Source: an uncultured Acidobacteriota bacterium
GTDB lineage: Bacteria; Acidobacteriota; Terriglobia; Bryobacterales; Bryobacteraceae
DNA: 64,000 nt
Direction: 5' to 3'
Assembly (NCBI GenBank): GCA_963823105.1
Contig: CAWGKC010000003.1
Span: 119,965 to 183,964 of the forward strand
Positions 1 to 9,699 of the stretch are shown one piece after another (position 1 is the stretch's first letter; each line of letters opens with the position of its first letter). Made by a program: the position numbers and the translations under genes. The notes beneath the pieces were generated by a model. That model did not search any database. It was not told the origin of the DNA and worked only from the letters and a program-made list of their open reading frames with translations.

Positions 1-681
1 CGCCAGAAAGGGCGCAACCTCGCCGACTTCGGCACCGGCGACGTGGCCAATTTCTGGCTGTTGAACATCGTCAATTCCTATCTTCCGCCGCTGAAGCACT
101 TCTGGAACATGCGCCGCGTCCATCCGGAGCCCGTCTATTTGACCATGCTCTCGCTCGCCGGATCGCTCACCACGTTTTCCCTCGACGAGCAGGCGCGCAA
201 CCTTCCCGATTACGACCACGACAAACTGGGCGAATGCTTCACCCTGCTCGACGAAAAAATCCGCGAGCTGCTGGAGACCGCCATCCCCTCCAAGTGCATC
301 GTCGTGCCGCTGCAATTGGTCGAAAAATCGATTTGGGCCGGCACGGTCGTCAAAGACGAGTACTTCAAGAAGTCGCAGTTCTTCCTATCAGTGGGCGCGG
401 CGATGGGCGTGGACGACATCGTGAAACAAGTGCCCAAGCAAGTGAAAGTGTCCCCGCCGGCCGAAGTGCAGCGCCTTGTCCGCAACGCCCTGCCCGGCGT
501 AACGCTTCGCCACGCTCCCGTTCCTCCCGGCGCCATTCCCGTGAAGCTCGGCAAACAGTATTTCAGCTTGAATCAAAGCGGCATTCTCTGGGACGGCATC
601 GTAAAATCCCAACAAGTGAACATTTTCATCCCCGACGAAGTCGACAAGCCCGAACTGGAATTGCTGATCGTCTTGGAGTAA
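1..681 (+). CDS. tssK: Type VI secretion baseplate subunit TssK (ImpJ/VasE), C-terminal 226 codons; the 5' end lies upstream of the window
   Basis: The frame of ORF 43..681 is open from base 1 (RQKGRNLADFGTGDVANFWLLNIVNSY...). The series ANFWLL..N, VHPEPVYL..LAGSL.TF and DYDHDKLGECF matches the conserved central/C-terminal part of TssK. Stop at 679-681. Confidence 0.8.
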   Translation, partial: RQKGRNLADFGTGDVANFWLLNIVNSYLPPLKHFWNMRRVHPEPVYLTMLSLAGSLTTFSLDEQARNLPDYDHDKLGECFTLLDEKIRELLETAIPSKCIVVPLQLVEKSIWAGTVVKDEYFKKSQFFLSVGAAMGVDDIVKQVPKQVKVSPPAEVQRLVRNALPGVTLRHAPVPPGAIPVKLGKQYFSLNQSGILWDGIVKSQQVNIFIPDEVDKPELELLIVLE

Positions 682-710
682 ACTCCCGGGCGGCGGTAAG
701 ATCGGGAGCG

Positions 711-1755
711 ATGACTCTATCCGCCGAATCCCTCACCATGTTTGCCCGGCAGATTCTGGAACGTATGCAAGTCCCGCCGGAAACTGCGGCGCTTGTTGCC
801 GTTTCGCTCGTCGAGGCGAACCTGCGAGGCGTCGATTCCCACGGACTGCAACTGCTGCCCTACTACGTCGAACAGATCCACATTGGCAACATCCGGCCCG
901 GGTTCAACGGACAGATCGTCTCCGAAAGCGGCGCGTGTCTCCTCTTCGACGGAGAACGCGGCGTCGGACAGGCGGTTGCCGCCGTTTGTTGCGATCACGC
1001 CATCCGTCTCTGCCGCGAGCACGGAATGGCGATGGCGGTCGCGCGCGAGTCCAATCATTTTGGCGCCGCCGCGTTTTGGTCCCGACGCATCGCCGCCGCC
1101 GGCTACATCGGCATCTCCCTCTGCAATGCGTCGGCGTTGGTGGCGCCGTGGCAGGGCAAGCAGGCGCGCTTCGGAACGAATCCGATCTCCATGGCGTTAC
1201 CGGGGCCGAAAACATGGCTCCTCGATATGGCCACCACCACCGTGGCGATGAACAAGGTGAAAAACGCATCGCTTTCGGGCCGGACCGAAATCCCCGCCGG
1301 ATGGGCGATGGACGCCGAAGGCACGCCCACCACCGACACCGCGACGGCCATTAAAGGGCTGCTCATGCCGCTCGGCGGCTACAAGGGCAGCGGCCTGGCG
1401 ATGATGGTGGAGATCCTCTGCGCCGTACTTGAGCGGCGGCGCAATGAGCACGGAGTTGGGCGGGGTCTATAACACCACCAGGCCAATGCGCACCAGCCAA
1501 ACGTTTCTCGCCATCGACGTCAACCGCTTTCTGCCGCGCGAATCGTTCGTCGAGCGGATGGAGTGGCTCGTCTCCACGGTGAAGAGCGCCGCCCCCGCCA
1601 TCGGATTCGACGAAGTGCTCGTCGCCGGCGATCCGGAATGGCGCGCGGAGGAAGAACGCCGCCGCAACGGAATTCCGCTCTCCTCCGGCGCATGGAAGGC
1701 GTTGGTGGAGATCGCCGGAACGCTCGGAGTACCCATACCGGCCCCGTCCAGCTAA
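711..1755 (+). pseudogene. Ldh_2-family (type 2 malate/L-lactate/ureidoglycolate-like) dehydrogenase, frame broken by an apparent 1-nt insertion at about 1429-1431
   Basis: ATG at 711. GVDSHG, ESNHFGAAAFW, FGTNPISMALP and GGYKGSGLAMMVEILCAVL lie in the frame of ORF 234..1472. The family sequence continues as SGGAMSTELGG...FLAIDVNRF...VAGDPEW in ORF 1429..1755 (next frame). Removing one T from gta-cTT-gag restores V-L-S-G-G. Confidence 0.75.
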
Positions 1756-1764
1756 AATAGTGCG

Positions 1765-2007
1765 ATGTCAGAGGAAGAGAAGCCCACGGAAAGTTTCGAG
1801 GCCGGCCTCGAAGAGCTGGAAGCGATCGTCAAGGAAATGGAGACGGCGGAGTTGCCGTTGGAGCGTTCGCTCGAACTGTTTGAAAAAGGGATGAAGCTGA
1901 GCGAGCGCTGCCGCCGGCGTTTGGAGGAAGCCGAAACGCGCGTCGAGATCCTCATGAAGCGCGGCGGCTCCATCCAGGCCGAGCCGTTCCTGCCGGGCAA
2001 ACCGTGA
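1765..2007 (+). CDS. xseB: Exodeoxyribonuclease VII small subunit
   Basis: 80 aa. FEAGLEELEAIVKEMETAELPLERSLELFEKGMKLSERCRRRLEEAE is the typical XseB helical hairpin. Positioned in front of ispA as in many bacteria. Confidence 0.85.
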   Translation: MSEEEKPTESFEAGLEELEAIVKEMETAELPLERSLELFEKGMKLSERCRRRLEEAETRVEILMKRGGSIQAEPFLPGKP

Positions 2008-2885
2008 CCCTCGCCGAATACATCGCCGGCAAACAGCGGGCCGTCGACGCGGCTCTCAACCGTTGGGCGCCGAAGGAAACCGCCGCCCCCGCCTCCATCC
2101 ACAAGGCCATGCGCTATAGCTTGTTCGCCGGAGGCAAGCGCATCCGGCCCATCTTGTGCATGGCGGCCGCTGAAGCGGTGGCCGACTTCGCGCCCGGTGT
2201 CGAAGACGTCGCCTGCGCCCTGGAGCTGGTCCACACTTACTCCCTCATTCACGACGACCTGCCCGCTCTCGACAACGACGACCTCCGGCGCGGCAGACCC
2301 ACCTGCCACAAGGTCTTCGGCGACGCCATGGCCATCCTCGCCGGCGACGCCCTGCTGACTCTCGCCTTTCAGACCTTGGCGCAATTGAGCGGAACACCGG
2401 AGAGTAAACTGCGTCTGGTGGAAGAGCTGGCCGTCGCCGCCGGCACCGTGGGCGGAATGATCGGCGGACAGGTGGAGGATATCGAGGGCGAAGGCAAGCG
2501 CCCCACCGCGCCGCTGCTCGAATCCATTCACCACGCCAAAACGGGCGCCCTGCTGCGCGCGAGCCTCCGCATGGGAGCGATTCAAGCGGGCGCCGGCGAA
2601 GACCAATTACGCGCGCTGTCGGACTATGGAACCCACGTCGGCCTGGCCTTTCAGATCGTCGACGATCTGCTCGACGTCGAAGAATCCTCCGAAACTCTGG
2701 GCAAAACCGCCGGCAAGGACGCGGCTCAAATGAAAATCACCTTCCCCTCTGTCTACGGCCTGGAGCGTTCGCGCGAAATGGCCGAAGAAGAGCGATTGCG
2801 CGCCGACCTGGCTTTGAAACCCTTCGACGAACGCGCCGGGCGCTTGCGCGAACTGGCCGCCTACATCGTCCGCCGCAATGCATGA
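2004..2885 (+). CDS. ispA: Polyprenyl (farnesyl/geranylgeranyl) diphosphate synthase
   Basis: First Asp-rich motif LIHDDLPALDNDDLRRGRPTCH and second motif FQIVDDLLD. GTG start overlaps the xseB stop (GTGA). Confidence 0.9.
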   Translation: MTLAEYIAGKQRAVDAALNRWAPKETAAPASIHKAMRYSLFAGGKRIRPILCMAAAEAVADFAPGVEDVACALELVHTYSLIHDDLPALDNDDLRRGRPTCHKVFGDAMAILAGDALLTLAFQTLAQLSGTPESKLRLVEELAVAAGTVGGMIGGQVEDIEGEGKRPTAPLLESIHHAKTGALLRASLRMGAIQAGAGEDQLRALSDYGTHVGLAFQIVDDLLDVEESSETLGKTAGKDAAQMKITFPSVYGLERSREMAEEERLRADLALKPFDERAGRLRELAAYIVRRNA

Positions 2886-3624
2886 ACGGCAAACTAAAGC
2901 GCCGCGCCGCCGCCTCGACCAATTGCTGGTCGAGCGCGATCTGGCGGATTCGCGCGAGAAGGCGAAGGCGCTGATTCTCGCCGGCGAGGTGATGGTCAAC
3001 GGCCAGCGCGAAGACAAGGCCGGGCACGCCGTCCCCGCCGACAGCCGCATCGACATCAAGCATCCGCCTCCCTACGTCAGCCGCGCCGGGAAAAAACTCG
3101 AAGCGGCGCTGGAACATTTTCACATCGCCGTGGAAGGGAAGGTCTGTCTCGACGTCGGCTCCTCCACCGGCGGCTTCACCGATTGCCTGCTGCAGCGCGG
3201 CGCCGCGCGCGTCTACGCCATCGACGCCGGCACCGCGCAACTGGACTGGCGCATTCGCACCGACCCGCGCGTCGTAGTTCGCGAACAAACCAACGCCCGC
3301 TACCTCCGCCCCGAGGACTTCCCCGAACCGATGGACTTGGCCGTTTGCGATGTGAGCTTCATTTCTGTAACCATGATTTTGCCCGTGTTGCCCGGTTTGC
3401 TGAAAAGTGGAGGGGAAATGATCGTCCTCGTGAAACCGCAGTTCGAGCTGGAGCGCGGTCTCGTCGGCAAGGGAGGAATCGTGAAAGATTCCGCCTTGCA
3501 CGCCCGCGCCTGCGCCCGCGCCGCCTCCGCCTGCCAGACGTTGGGCTTCCGGTGCGAGGTAATCCCCTGCCCCGTCCTCGGCGCCGAGGGCAATCAAGAG
3601 TTTCTTCTCCATGCCGCCCATTGA
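2878..3624 (+). CDS. tlyA: TlyA-family rRNA (cytidine-2'-O)-methyltransferase
   Basis: S4-like N-terminus RLDQLLVERDLADSREKAKALILAGEVMVNG followed by the FtsJ-type SAM motif CLDVGSSTGGFTDCLL. Overlaps the ispA end by 8 nt. Confidence 0.85.
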   Translation: MHERQTKAPRRRLDQLLVERDLADSREKAKALILAGEVMVNGQREDKAGHAVPADSRIDIKHPPPYVSRAGKKLEAALEHFHIAVEGKVCLDVGSSTGGFTDCLLQRGAARVYAIDAGTAQLDWRIRTDPRVVVREQTNARYLRPEDFPEPMDLAVCDVSFISVTMILPVLPGLLKSGGEMIVLVKPQFELERGLVGKGGIVKDSALHARACARAASACQTLGFRCEVIPCPVLGAEGNQEFLLHAAH

Positions 3625-4474
3625 TTCGGTCGCGTTGATGACCAAGCCCGGCGCCCCCGCGGCATACGTCATCCTGCCCAAGCTGCTCGATTTTCTCTCG
3701 CACCACCAGGTGCGCGTCCGCTACGACGAGCAAACGGCGTATTATCTCAACCTCGCCGACGGCGCTCCGCGCGAATCGCTGATCGAGGGCATTCAAATGG
3801 TTGTCGTGCTCGGCGGCGACGGAACCCTCCTCTCGGCCGCCCGCGCCGTCGCCGGTCGCGAAATTCCCATCTTCGCCGTCAACCTCGGCGGCTTGGGCTT
3901 CCTCACCACCATCTCCATGGAGGATCTTTATCCCGAGCTGGAGCGCGCGTTGCAGGGCGCTCAACGCGTCGCTCAGCGCCGCATGTTAAGCTGCCACGTC
4001 GTCCGCGGCGCCGAACACATCGCCGCCTATGAAGCTCTCAACGACATCGTCATCACCAAGGCGTCCATGGCGCGCATGATCGATGTCGAAACCCACGTCG
4101 ACACGCACTACGTCTGCACCTACAAAGCCGACGGCCTCATCGTCAGCACGCCCACCGGCTCCACCGCCTACTCGCTCTCCGCCGGCGGCCCCATAATTTT
4201 CCCCGCCGTCGCCGCGCTCGCCATCACCCCCATCTGCCCGCACACCCTGACCAACCGGCCCGTCATCGTCCCCGATACATCCGCCATCCAGATCCACAAT
4301 ATGGCCGAAGACGATTCGGCCTACCTCACCATCGACGGACAGATCGGCGGTCCGCTCCGCCGCGGTGACCATGTGCTGTGCCGCCGCTCGGAACATTCCG
4401 TCTATCTCATCCGCCCGCCCCGTCTGATGTTCTTCGACGTGCTGCGCCAAAAACTCAAGTGGGGCGAGCGTTGA
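3611..4474 (+). CDS. nadK: NAD+ kinase
   Basis: GGDGTLL, NDIVI and ADGLIVSTPTGSTAYSLSAGGPI motifs. Overlaps the tlyA end. Confidence 0.9.
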   Translation: MPPIDSVALMTKPGAPAAYVILPKLLDFLSHHQVRVRYDEQTAYYLNLADGAPRESLIEGIQMVVVLGGDGTLLSAARAVAGREIPIFAVNLGGLGFLTTISMEDLYPELERALQGAQRVAQRRMLSCHVVRGAEHIAAYEALNDIVITKASMARMIDVETHVDTHYVCTYKADGLIVSTPTGSTAYSLSAGGPIIFPAVAALAITPICPHTLTNRPVIVPDTSAIQIHNMAEDDSAYLTIDGQIGGPLRRGDHVLCRRSEHSVYLIRPPRLMFFDVLRQKLKWGER

Positions 4475-5676
4475 GGAAGCCTTCGCTCACCGCCTGGATC
4501 TTCATCGCCATGGCCGCTGGCGTCGCCGTCGGCGCGTTCTTTCCCGGCATCGCCAAGACCAAGGAAATGGCCGCCCTGGCTCAAGTGTTCCTTCGTCTAA
4601 TCAAATCCATTCTGGCGCCCCTCCTGTTCGGAACCCTCGTCGCCGGAATGGCCGGCCACGGCGGCCTGCGGACCATGGGCCGCATCGGACTGAAAGCGCT
4701 GCTCTACTTCGAAGTCGTCACCACCTTCGCCCTCTTCATCGGCCTCGCCGCCGTGAATCTCACCCGCCCCGGCGACGGCATTCACATCCAAAGAACCGCC
4801 GCCGAATCGCAAGCGGCCTCCTCCGGCGCCTCGCTCGAAACGATGCTGGAGCACACCTTCCCCGCGAGCGTCGTCGACGCCATGGCCAAAGGCGAAGTGT
4901 TGCAGATCGTCGTCTTCTCTCTTCTGTTCGGCGCCGCCTGCGCCGCCATCGGCGCAAAGGGCAAGCCGGTGGTGGACTTCTGCTCCTCGCTCGCCGAGGT
5001 CATGTTCCGCTATACGAAATACATCATGTACGCCGCGCCGGTGGGTGTCTTCGCCGCCATGGCCTACGCCATCGGCAGCAACGGCGCGGGCGTATTGTTC
5101 AGCCTCGGCAAACTCGTGCTGACATTGTATGGAGCGCTCGTGGTGTTCGTCGTCGTCGTGCTGGGTGCGGTGGCCATAATCGCGCGCATCCCCATCGCCC
5201 GCTTCCTGCGCGCCGTGCGCGAACCGTGGATGATCGCCTTCTCAACCGCGGCGAGTGAAGCCGCGTTGCCCATCGCGCTCGAAAACATGGAAGAGTTCGG
5301 CGTGCCAAAACATATCGTCGCCTTCGTGTTGCCCGCCGGATACAGCCTGAACCTCGACGGCAGCACGCTCTATCTTTCCCTCGCCGCCGTCTTCGTCGCC
5401 CAGGCGGCCGGCGTCACCCTCACCATCGGCCAGCAATTGATCATGCTCTTAACTCTCATGCTCACCAGCAAGGGCGTAGCGGGGGTGCCCCGCGCCTCGC
5501 TGGTGATTCTCGCCGGCACCCTCGCCTCGTTTCAGTTGCCCGTAGAAGGCGTCGCGGTGCTCCTCGGCGTGGACGTCCTAATGGACATGGTGCGGACGTC
5601 GGTCAACGTCCTCGGCAACTGCCTCGCATCGGCCGTCGTGGCGCGCTGGGAAGGCGTTAGCTTCAGCCGCGCCTGA
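4471..5676 (+). CDS. Dicarboxylate/amino acid:cation symporter (DAACS family, GltP/DctA-like)
   Basis: Polytopic protein with a typical DAACS layout (FLRLIKSILAPLLFGTLV..., SSEAALPIALENMEE, LPAGYSLNLDGSTLY, VLMDMVRTSVNVLGN). Start chosen at the TTG that overlaps the nadK TGA (TTGA). GTG 4459 or ATG 4510 are alternatives. Confidence 0.85.
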   Translation: MRKPSLTAWIFIAMAAGVAVGAFFPGIAKTKEMAALAQVFLRLIKSILAPLLFGTLVAGMAGHGGLRTMGRIGLKALLYFEVVTTFALFIGLAAVNLTRPGDGIHIQRTAAESQAASSGASLETMLEHTFPASVVDAMAKGEVLQIVVFSLLFGAACAAIGAKGKPVVDFCSSLAEVMFRYTKYIMYAAPVGVFAAMAYAIGSNGAGVLFSLGKLVLTLYGALVVFVVVVLGAVAIIARIPIARFLRAVREPWMIAFSTAASEAALPIALENMEEFGVPKHIVAFVLPAGYSLNLDGSTLYLSLAAVFVAQAAGVTLTIGQQLIMLLTLMLTSKGVAGVPRASLVILAGTLASFQLPVEGVAVLLGVDVLMDMVRTSVNVLGNCLASAVVARWEGVSFSRA

Positions 5677-5681
5677 TTCGG

Positions 5682-6698
5682 CTACGCCAGCGCCGCCGCT
5701 TCCAAGCCCATCTTGGCGTACCATGGCTTTGCCGTTTTCAGCGCGTCGTTCACGGCGTTAATGTTCCGTATCCCGTCCTTCGCCAGCCAATCCTCCAGCG
5801 CCTTCACGCCCTGCTTGGCATACACCGGAATCCCTTCCTTCCATGTCGCGCGCCCGCACAACACGCCCGAATAATCCGTCCCCGCCTCGCCCGCCATCAC
5901 CAGGTTCTCGATGAACACCGCGTTGTCCACGCCCGCGCTCAAATAAATAAACGGCTTCGTCGCCGCATCCGACGCGCGCCGGAAATGCGCCACCGCTTCC
6001 TTCCACGAATACGCCTTCTCGCCCTTACAAACCTTCGAACCCTCCACGTACTCGGCGTTCACCGGCACTTCCACCTTCAGCACGTCCACGCCATAGCTGG
6101 GTTTCGAAAACTCCTTCATCATCCCCATCACCAGCTCCGGCTTCTGCTTGGCGAACGCCAGCCCCTTCTCGTCCCCGCCCTTCGGATCGTAACCAATGAA
6201 CTCCAGAAAGAACGGAATCTCGTGGTATTCGCACTCCGCGCCGATGCGCTCGACAAACGCGTGCTTGATGTCGTTCACCTGCGTATCGTCGTAAATGCTG
6301 TAGTAAAGCAGAATCTTCACCGCGTCCCCGCCTAGATCCCCGATGCGCTTCACCGAAAGATGCGGCAGCAGATCGGGCAGCCGGCCCGGCCGCGTATTGT
6401 CGTACCCGCTCTCTTCATACGCCAGCAACAAACCAGCGTTCTTCGACCGCGCCTTGGCCGCTTCCATGCCGTACTCCGGGTCCAACAAAATCGCGCTCGC
6501 GTGCGGCGTCAGCGCCTTCGAAACCGCCACCTTAAACTCCGACATCATTTCGTACGGAACCGCGTCCTCGGCCACGCCCTTCGCTTTGGCGATGGATTTT
6601 TTCAAGCTGCCGCGCTGGTCCATGGCGGCCGCGGCGATCACGCCGCGCCCATCCGACAAAGCCTTCAGGTGGCGCAACTTTCCTGCGGAAACTTTCAT
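5682..6698 (-). CDS. Class I tagatose-1,6-bisphosphate aldolase family protein (LacD-like)
   Basis: Collinear with LacD over the full length: AMDQRGSLKK, ILLDPEYG, GLLLAYEESGYD, GRLPD, IPFFLEF, VDVLKVEVPVN, YLSAGV, GVLCGRATW. Confidence 0.85.
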   Translation of the reverse strand: MKVSAGKLRHLKALSDGRGVIAAAAMDQRGSLKKSIAKAKGVAEDAVPYEMMSEFKVAVSKALTPHASAILLDPEYGMEAAKARSKNAGLLLAYEESGYDNTRPGRLPDLLPHLSVKRIGDLGGDAVKILLYYSIYDDTQVNDIKHAFVERIGAECEYHEIPFFLEFIGYDPKGGDEKGLAFAKQKPELVMGMMKEFSKPSYGVDVLKVEVPVNAEYVEGSKVCKGEKAYSWKEAVAHFRRASDAATKPFIYLSAGVDNAVFIENLVMAGEAGTDYSGVLCGRATWKEGIPVYAKQGVKALEDWLAKDGIRNINAVNDALKTAKPWYAKMGLEAAALA

Positions 6699-6755
6699 GC
6701 TCGCTCCTTCATTTATGCGTTCTAAAATTCAAGTATAGCGAGCGACAATGAAGAC

Positions 6756-7529
6756 TTGCATATCGAATGGGTCCTCCTGCTGCTCGCCTCCGTCGCCGGC
6801 GGAGCGGCCAACGCCCTCGCCGGCGGCGGCACGTTCCTTGTCTTCCCCGCCCTGCTGCTCGCCGGGGTCGCGCCGGTCATGGCCAACGCCACCGCGTCCC
6901 TCATCCTCTGGCCCAGCGGACTCGCCTCCGCCTGGGTTTTTCGAAAAGGACTTCGCGAAAATCGAGGCCGTCTCGTCTCCATGTCGCTCGCCAGCGCCCT
7001 CGGCGCCGCCGCCGGCAGCGTCCTGCTGCTGAGCACCTCGAACACGACCTTCGACAAACTCGTACCTTGGCTTCTCCTCGGCGCGACAGCCATCTTCACC
7101 TTCTCCGGCCAACTCCGCCAAATCGCCACTCGCGGCGGCCGCCACTCATCCACCACGGCGCTTCTCGCCGGCCAACTCGTCATCGCCGTCTACGGCGGCT
7201 ACTTCGGCGCCGGCATGGGCGTCTTGATGCTCGCTCTCTATCTGGCCGCCTCGCCCATGGACGTACACGCCGCCAACGGCCTCCGCACCCTCTGCGGCGC
7301 GGCCATCAACCTCGTCGCCATCGTCATCTTCGCCGCCCGTGGCGCACTCGATTGGCGCGTCGGCGTCCCCATGTTGATCGTCGCCATCGCCGGGGGTTAC
7401 TGGGGCGCCCACGCCGTCCGCCGCCTCCAAGCCGAATACGCCCGCCGCGCTATTCTAATCTACGCCTGGACCGTCACCGCGTGGTTCTTCGCGCGAATGC
7501 TCATGCACGCGCTGAAACCCGCCTCTTAA
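6756..7529 (+). CDS. TauE/SafE-family anion (sulfite-type) exporter membrane protein
   Basis: 257 aa, about 7-8 hydrophobic helices, Gly-rich N-terminus (AGGAANALAGGGTFL), duplicated 4-TM architecture typical of TauE/SafE. TTG start. Confidence 0.7.
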   Translation: MHIEWVLLLLASVAGGAANALAGGGTFLVFPALLLAGVAPVMANATASLILWPSGLASAWVFRKGLRENRGRLVSMSLASALGAAAGSVLLLSTSNTTFDKLVPWLLLGATAIFTFSGQLRQIATRGGRHSSTTALLAGQLVIAVYGGYFGAGMGVLMLALYLAASPMDVHAANGLRTLCGAAINLVAIVIFAARGALDWRVGVPMLIVAIAGGYWGAHAVRRLQAEYARRAILIYAWTVTAWFFARMLMHALKPAS

Positions 7530-8479
7530 ATCGCCATCCGCGCTGTACGCCGGAACCACGCCTGCGCCTGCTTCACGTCGTGGAAAATTTGCGCCTTCAG
7601 CGCCTCCGCCGATTCGAACTTTCGTTCGTCCCGAACCCTATGTAGAAACTCCACGCGAATCCGCTCCGGCGTCTCCCCTTCGAGCGGCTCCATCAGAAAC
7701 GTCTCGATCGTAATTCCCTCCCCGCCGAACGTCGGACGCACGCCGATGTTCGTCACCGAACGCCAGCGCCGCGGGCCGTCGACGTCGGTGGTCCGCGTGA
7801 CGTACACGCCGCTCCCCGGCAGCGTTTCGCTATCCGTCTCCAAATTCAGCGTCGGCACGGTCTTCTTGCCTCCGATCCCGTGGCCATGCACAACCGCTCC
7901 TTCCACAAAATGCGGACGTTCCAACATGCGCCCCGCGCGGTACACGTTCCCGCTTGCGATCAGCCGCCGGATCTCGCTGCTCGACACCACTTTTCCATGC
8001 CGATAAACCGGTGGCATCACGACGGTTTCAAATCCGAACCGCGACCCAAGCTCGCGCAGAATCCGCGTGTCGCCGGCCGCCTTCGCCCCGAAACGGAAGT
8101 TCTCTCCCACCAACACCGCCCGCGCCCCCAGCTTGTCCACCAGCACCCGCTCCACAAACTCCTCCGGCGTCATCCGCGCCACCTCCATCGTGAAAGGAAG
8201 CACCAGCGCTTCCTCGATGCCCGCCGCTTCCATCAGGCCCCATCGTTCCGCCATCTTCGTCATCAGCCGCGGCGCACGCTCCGGCGCCAGCACCCTTTTC
8301 GGATGCGGATCGAACGTAAGAACGGCGGCCTTCCATCCTTCGCGCCTCGCCATCTCCGCCGCCCGTTCCATAATGCGCCGGTGCGCCGCGTGTACGCCGT
8401 CGAAGTTGCCGATCGTAATCGCGCAAGGCCCAAAATCGCCCGGAACCTCGTCCAGGCTGCCGAATACGCGCATGCTCAT
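7526..8479 (-). CDS. ribF: Bifunctional riboflavin kinase / FMN adenylyltransferase
   Basis: N-terminal nucleotidyltransferase signature IGNFDGVHAAHRRI and C-terminal riboflavin-kinase region (GIGGKKTVPTLNLE, GVYVT, NIGVRPTF, LEFLHRVRDERKF). Confidence 0.9.
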   Translation of the reverse strand: MSMRVFGSLDEVPGDFGPCAITIGNFDGVHAAHRRIMERAAEMARREGWKAAVLTFDPHPKRVLAPERAPRLMTKMAERWGLMEAAGIEEALVLPFTMEVARMTPEEFVERVLVDKLGARAVLVGENFRFGAKAAGDTRILRELGSRFGFETVVMPPVYRHGKVVSSSEIRRLIASGNVYRAGRMLERPHFVEGAVVHGHGIGGKKTVPTLNLETDSETLPGSGVYVTRTTDVDGPRRWRSVTNIGVRPTFGGEGITIETFLMEPLEGETPERIRVEFLHRVRDERKFESAEALKAQIFHDVKQAQAWFRRTARMAI

Positions 8480-9270
8480 GCCGTTAGCGATCCCGAAGCC
8501 TCGGTCTCCAGCCCGTCGTAAGCCAGCCGCACGTTCGGCGGTAGCGTCTCTTCCGTAGCCGCGTGCCCCAGATCGTGCGAGATATGCGTAAAGTAAGCCC
8601 TTCCCGGCTCGAGCGCCGCAACCGACTCCAGGCTCTTCGCCACCGTCGAATGCGTCGGGTGCGGCCGGTGCCGCAGCGCGTCGAGAAACAAAACGTCCAG
8701 TCCGCGCAGCCGCTCCATCGATTCGCCCGGAATCTCGCTATGGTCGGTGAGATACGCCGCCGCGCCGAACCGGAATCCGTGAACCGCCGTCTTCCCGTGC
8801 GCCAGCCGCACCGGCGTCACCCGGCTGCCGCACACCTCGAACGGATCGTCCCCGAAAATATTCACGTCCACTTGCGGCACCGCCGACTCCGCGTTCGTCG
8901 ATTCGAACACGTAACGGAACACGCGGCGAATGTGGCCGATCGTCTCCTCCGTTCCGAAAATCGGAATCGACCCGCGCTGCTTGAAATTCAGCGGCCGCAC
9001 ATCGTCCAGTCCCATGATGTGATCGGCGTGCGCGTGAGTATATAAAATCGCGTCCACGCGCTCAATGCCCGCTCGCAGCGCCTGCTGGCGGAAATCCGGC
9101 GTCGTATCCACCACAATATTGCAGCCGCCCCATTGCACCAGCACCGACGGACGCAAGCGCTTGTCTCGGGCGTCGGTGGAATGGCACACCGCGCATCTGC
9201 ACCCAAGCGTCGGCACGCCGGAGCTTGTGCCGGACCCAAGGACCGTAATGCGAAGCGGAGCCTCGCTCAT
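8476..9270 (-). CDS. MBL-fold metallo-hydrolase (PhnP-like phosphodiesterase type)
   Basis: HAHADH zinc motif, N-terminal Cys cluster (GCRCAVCHS), 264 aa. Overlaps the ribF start by 4 nt. Confidence 0.8.
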   Translation of the reverse strand: MSEAPLRITVLGSGTSSGVPTLGCRCAVCHSTDARDKRLRPSVLVQWGGCNIVVDTTPDFRQQALRAGIERVDAILYTHAHADHIMGLDDVRPLNFKQRGSIPIFGTEETIGHIRRVFRYVFESTNAESAVPQVDVNIFGDDPFEVCGSRVTPVRLAHGKTAVHGFRFGAAAYLTDHSEIPGESMERLRGLDVLFLDALRHRPHPTHSTVAKSLESVAALEPGRAYFTHISHDLGHAATEETLPPNVRLAYDGLETEASGSLTA

Positions 9271-9609
9271 TCAGGCGCCGGCCCGGCTGGAATCTTCCAC
9301 CGGCGGAACCTCGGCCGGCTCGTTCTTGCGCGCCTCCAACGCCTGCACGAAACGGAACCGAAGCTCGGTCAGCGAGTTCTCCATCAGCCGCTGTTCCTCG
9401 GTGCTCAGGTTGCCCTTGGTCTTGGCCTCCAGCATCGCCATCACGTCGATCGTGTGGCGGGCTAATCGAAAGTCCGGCGCCGGCCGTTCGCTCTCTTCGC
9501 CGAAATGCAGCAGTCCAAGCTGCATCTCCGCCTGCATCTTCAGCGAGGCCGTGAGAAATTCAAAAGTCGCCGGAGGAAGTGGAAATTCGTTTTCGTTTGT
9601 CGCGCTCAT
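9271..9609 (-). CDS. DUF1844 domain protein
   Basis: LPPATFEFL..SL..QA...LG followed by IDVMAMLEAKTKGNLSTEEQRLMENSLTELRFRFV is the recognisable DUF1844 pattern. Confidence 0.6.
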   Translation of the reverse strand: MSATNENEFPLPPATFEFLTASLKMQAEMQLGLLHFGEESERPAPDFRLARHTIDVMAMLEAKTKGNLSTEEQRLMENSLTELRFRFVQALEARKNEPAEVPPVEDSSRAGA

Positions 9610-9699
9610 CGTGTGTGGGTTCCCGTCCTATTTTATCCAACGGCCATGTTACATTGAAAAATCGAGCGGCAAAACGTACACGGGTTCCCCCCACACACT

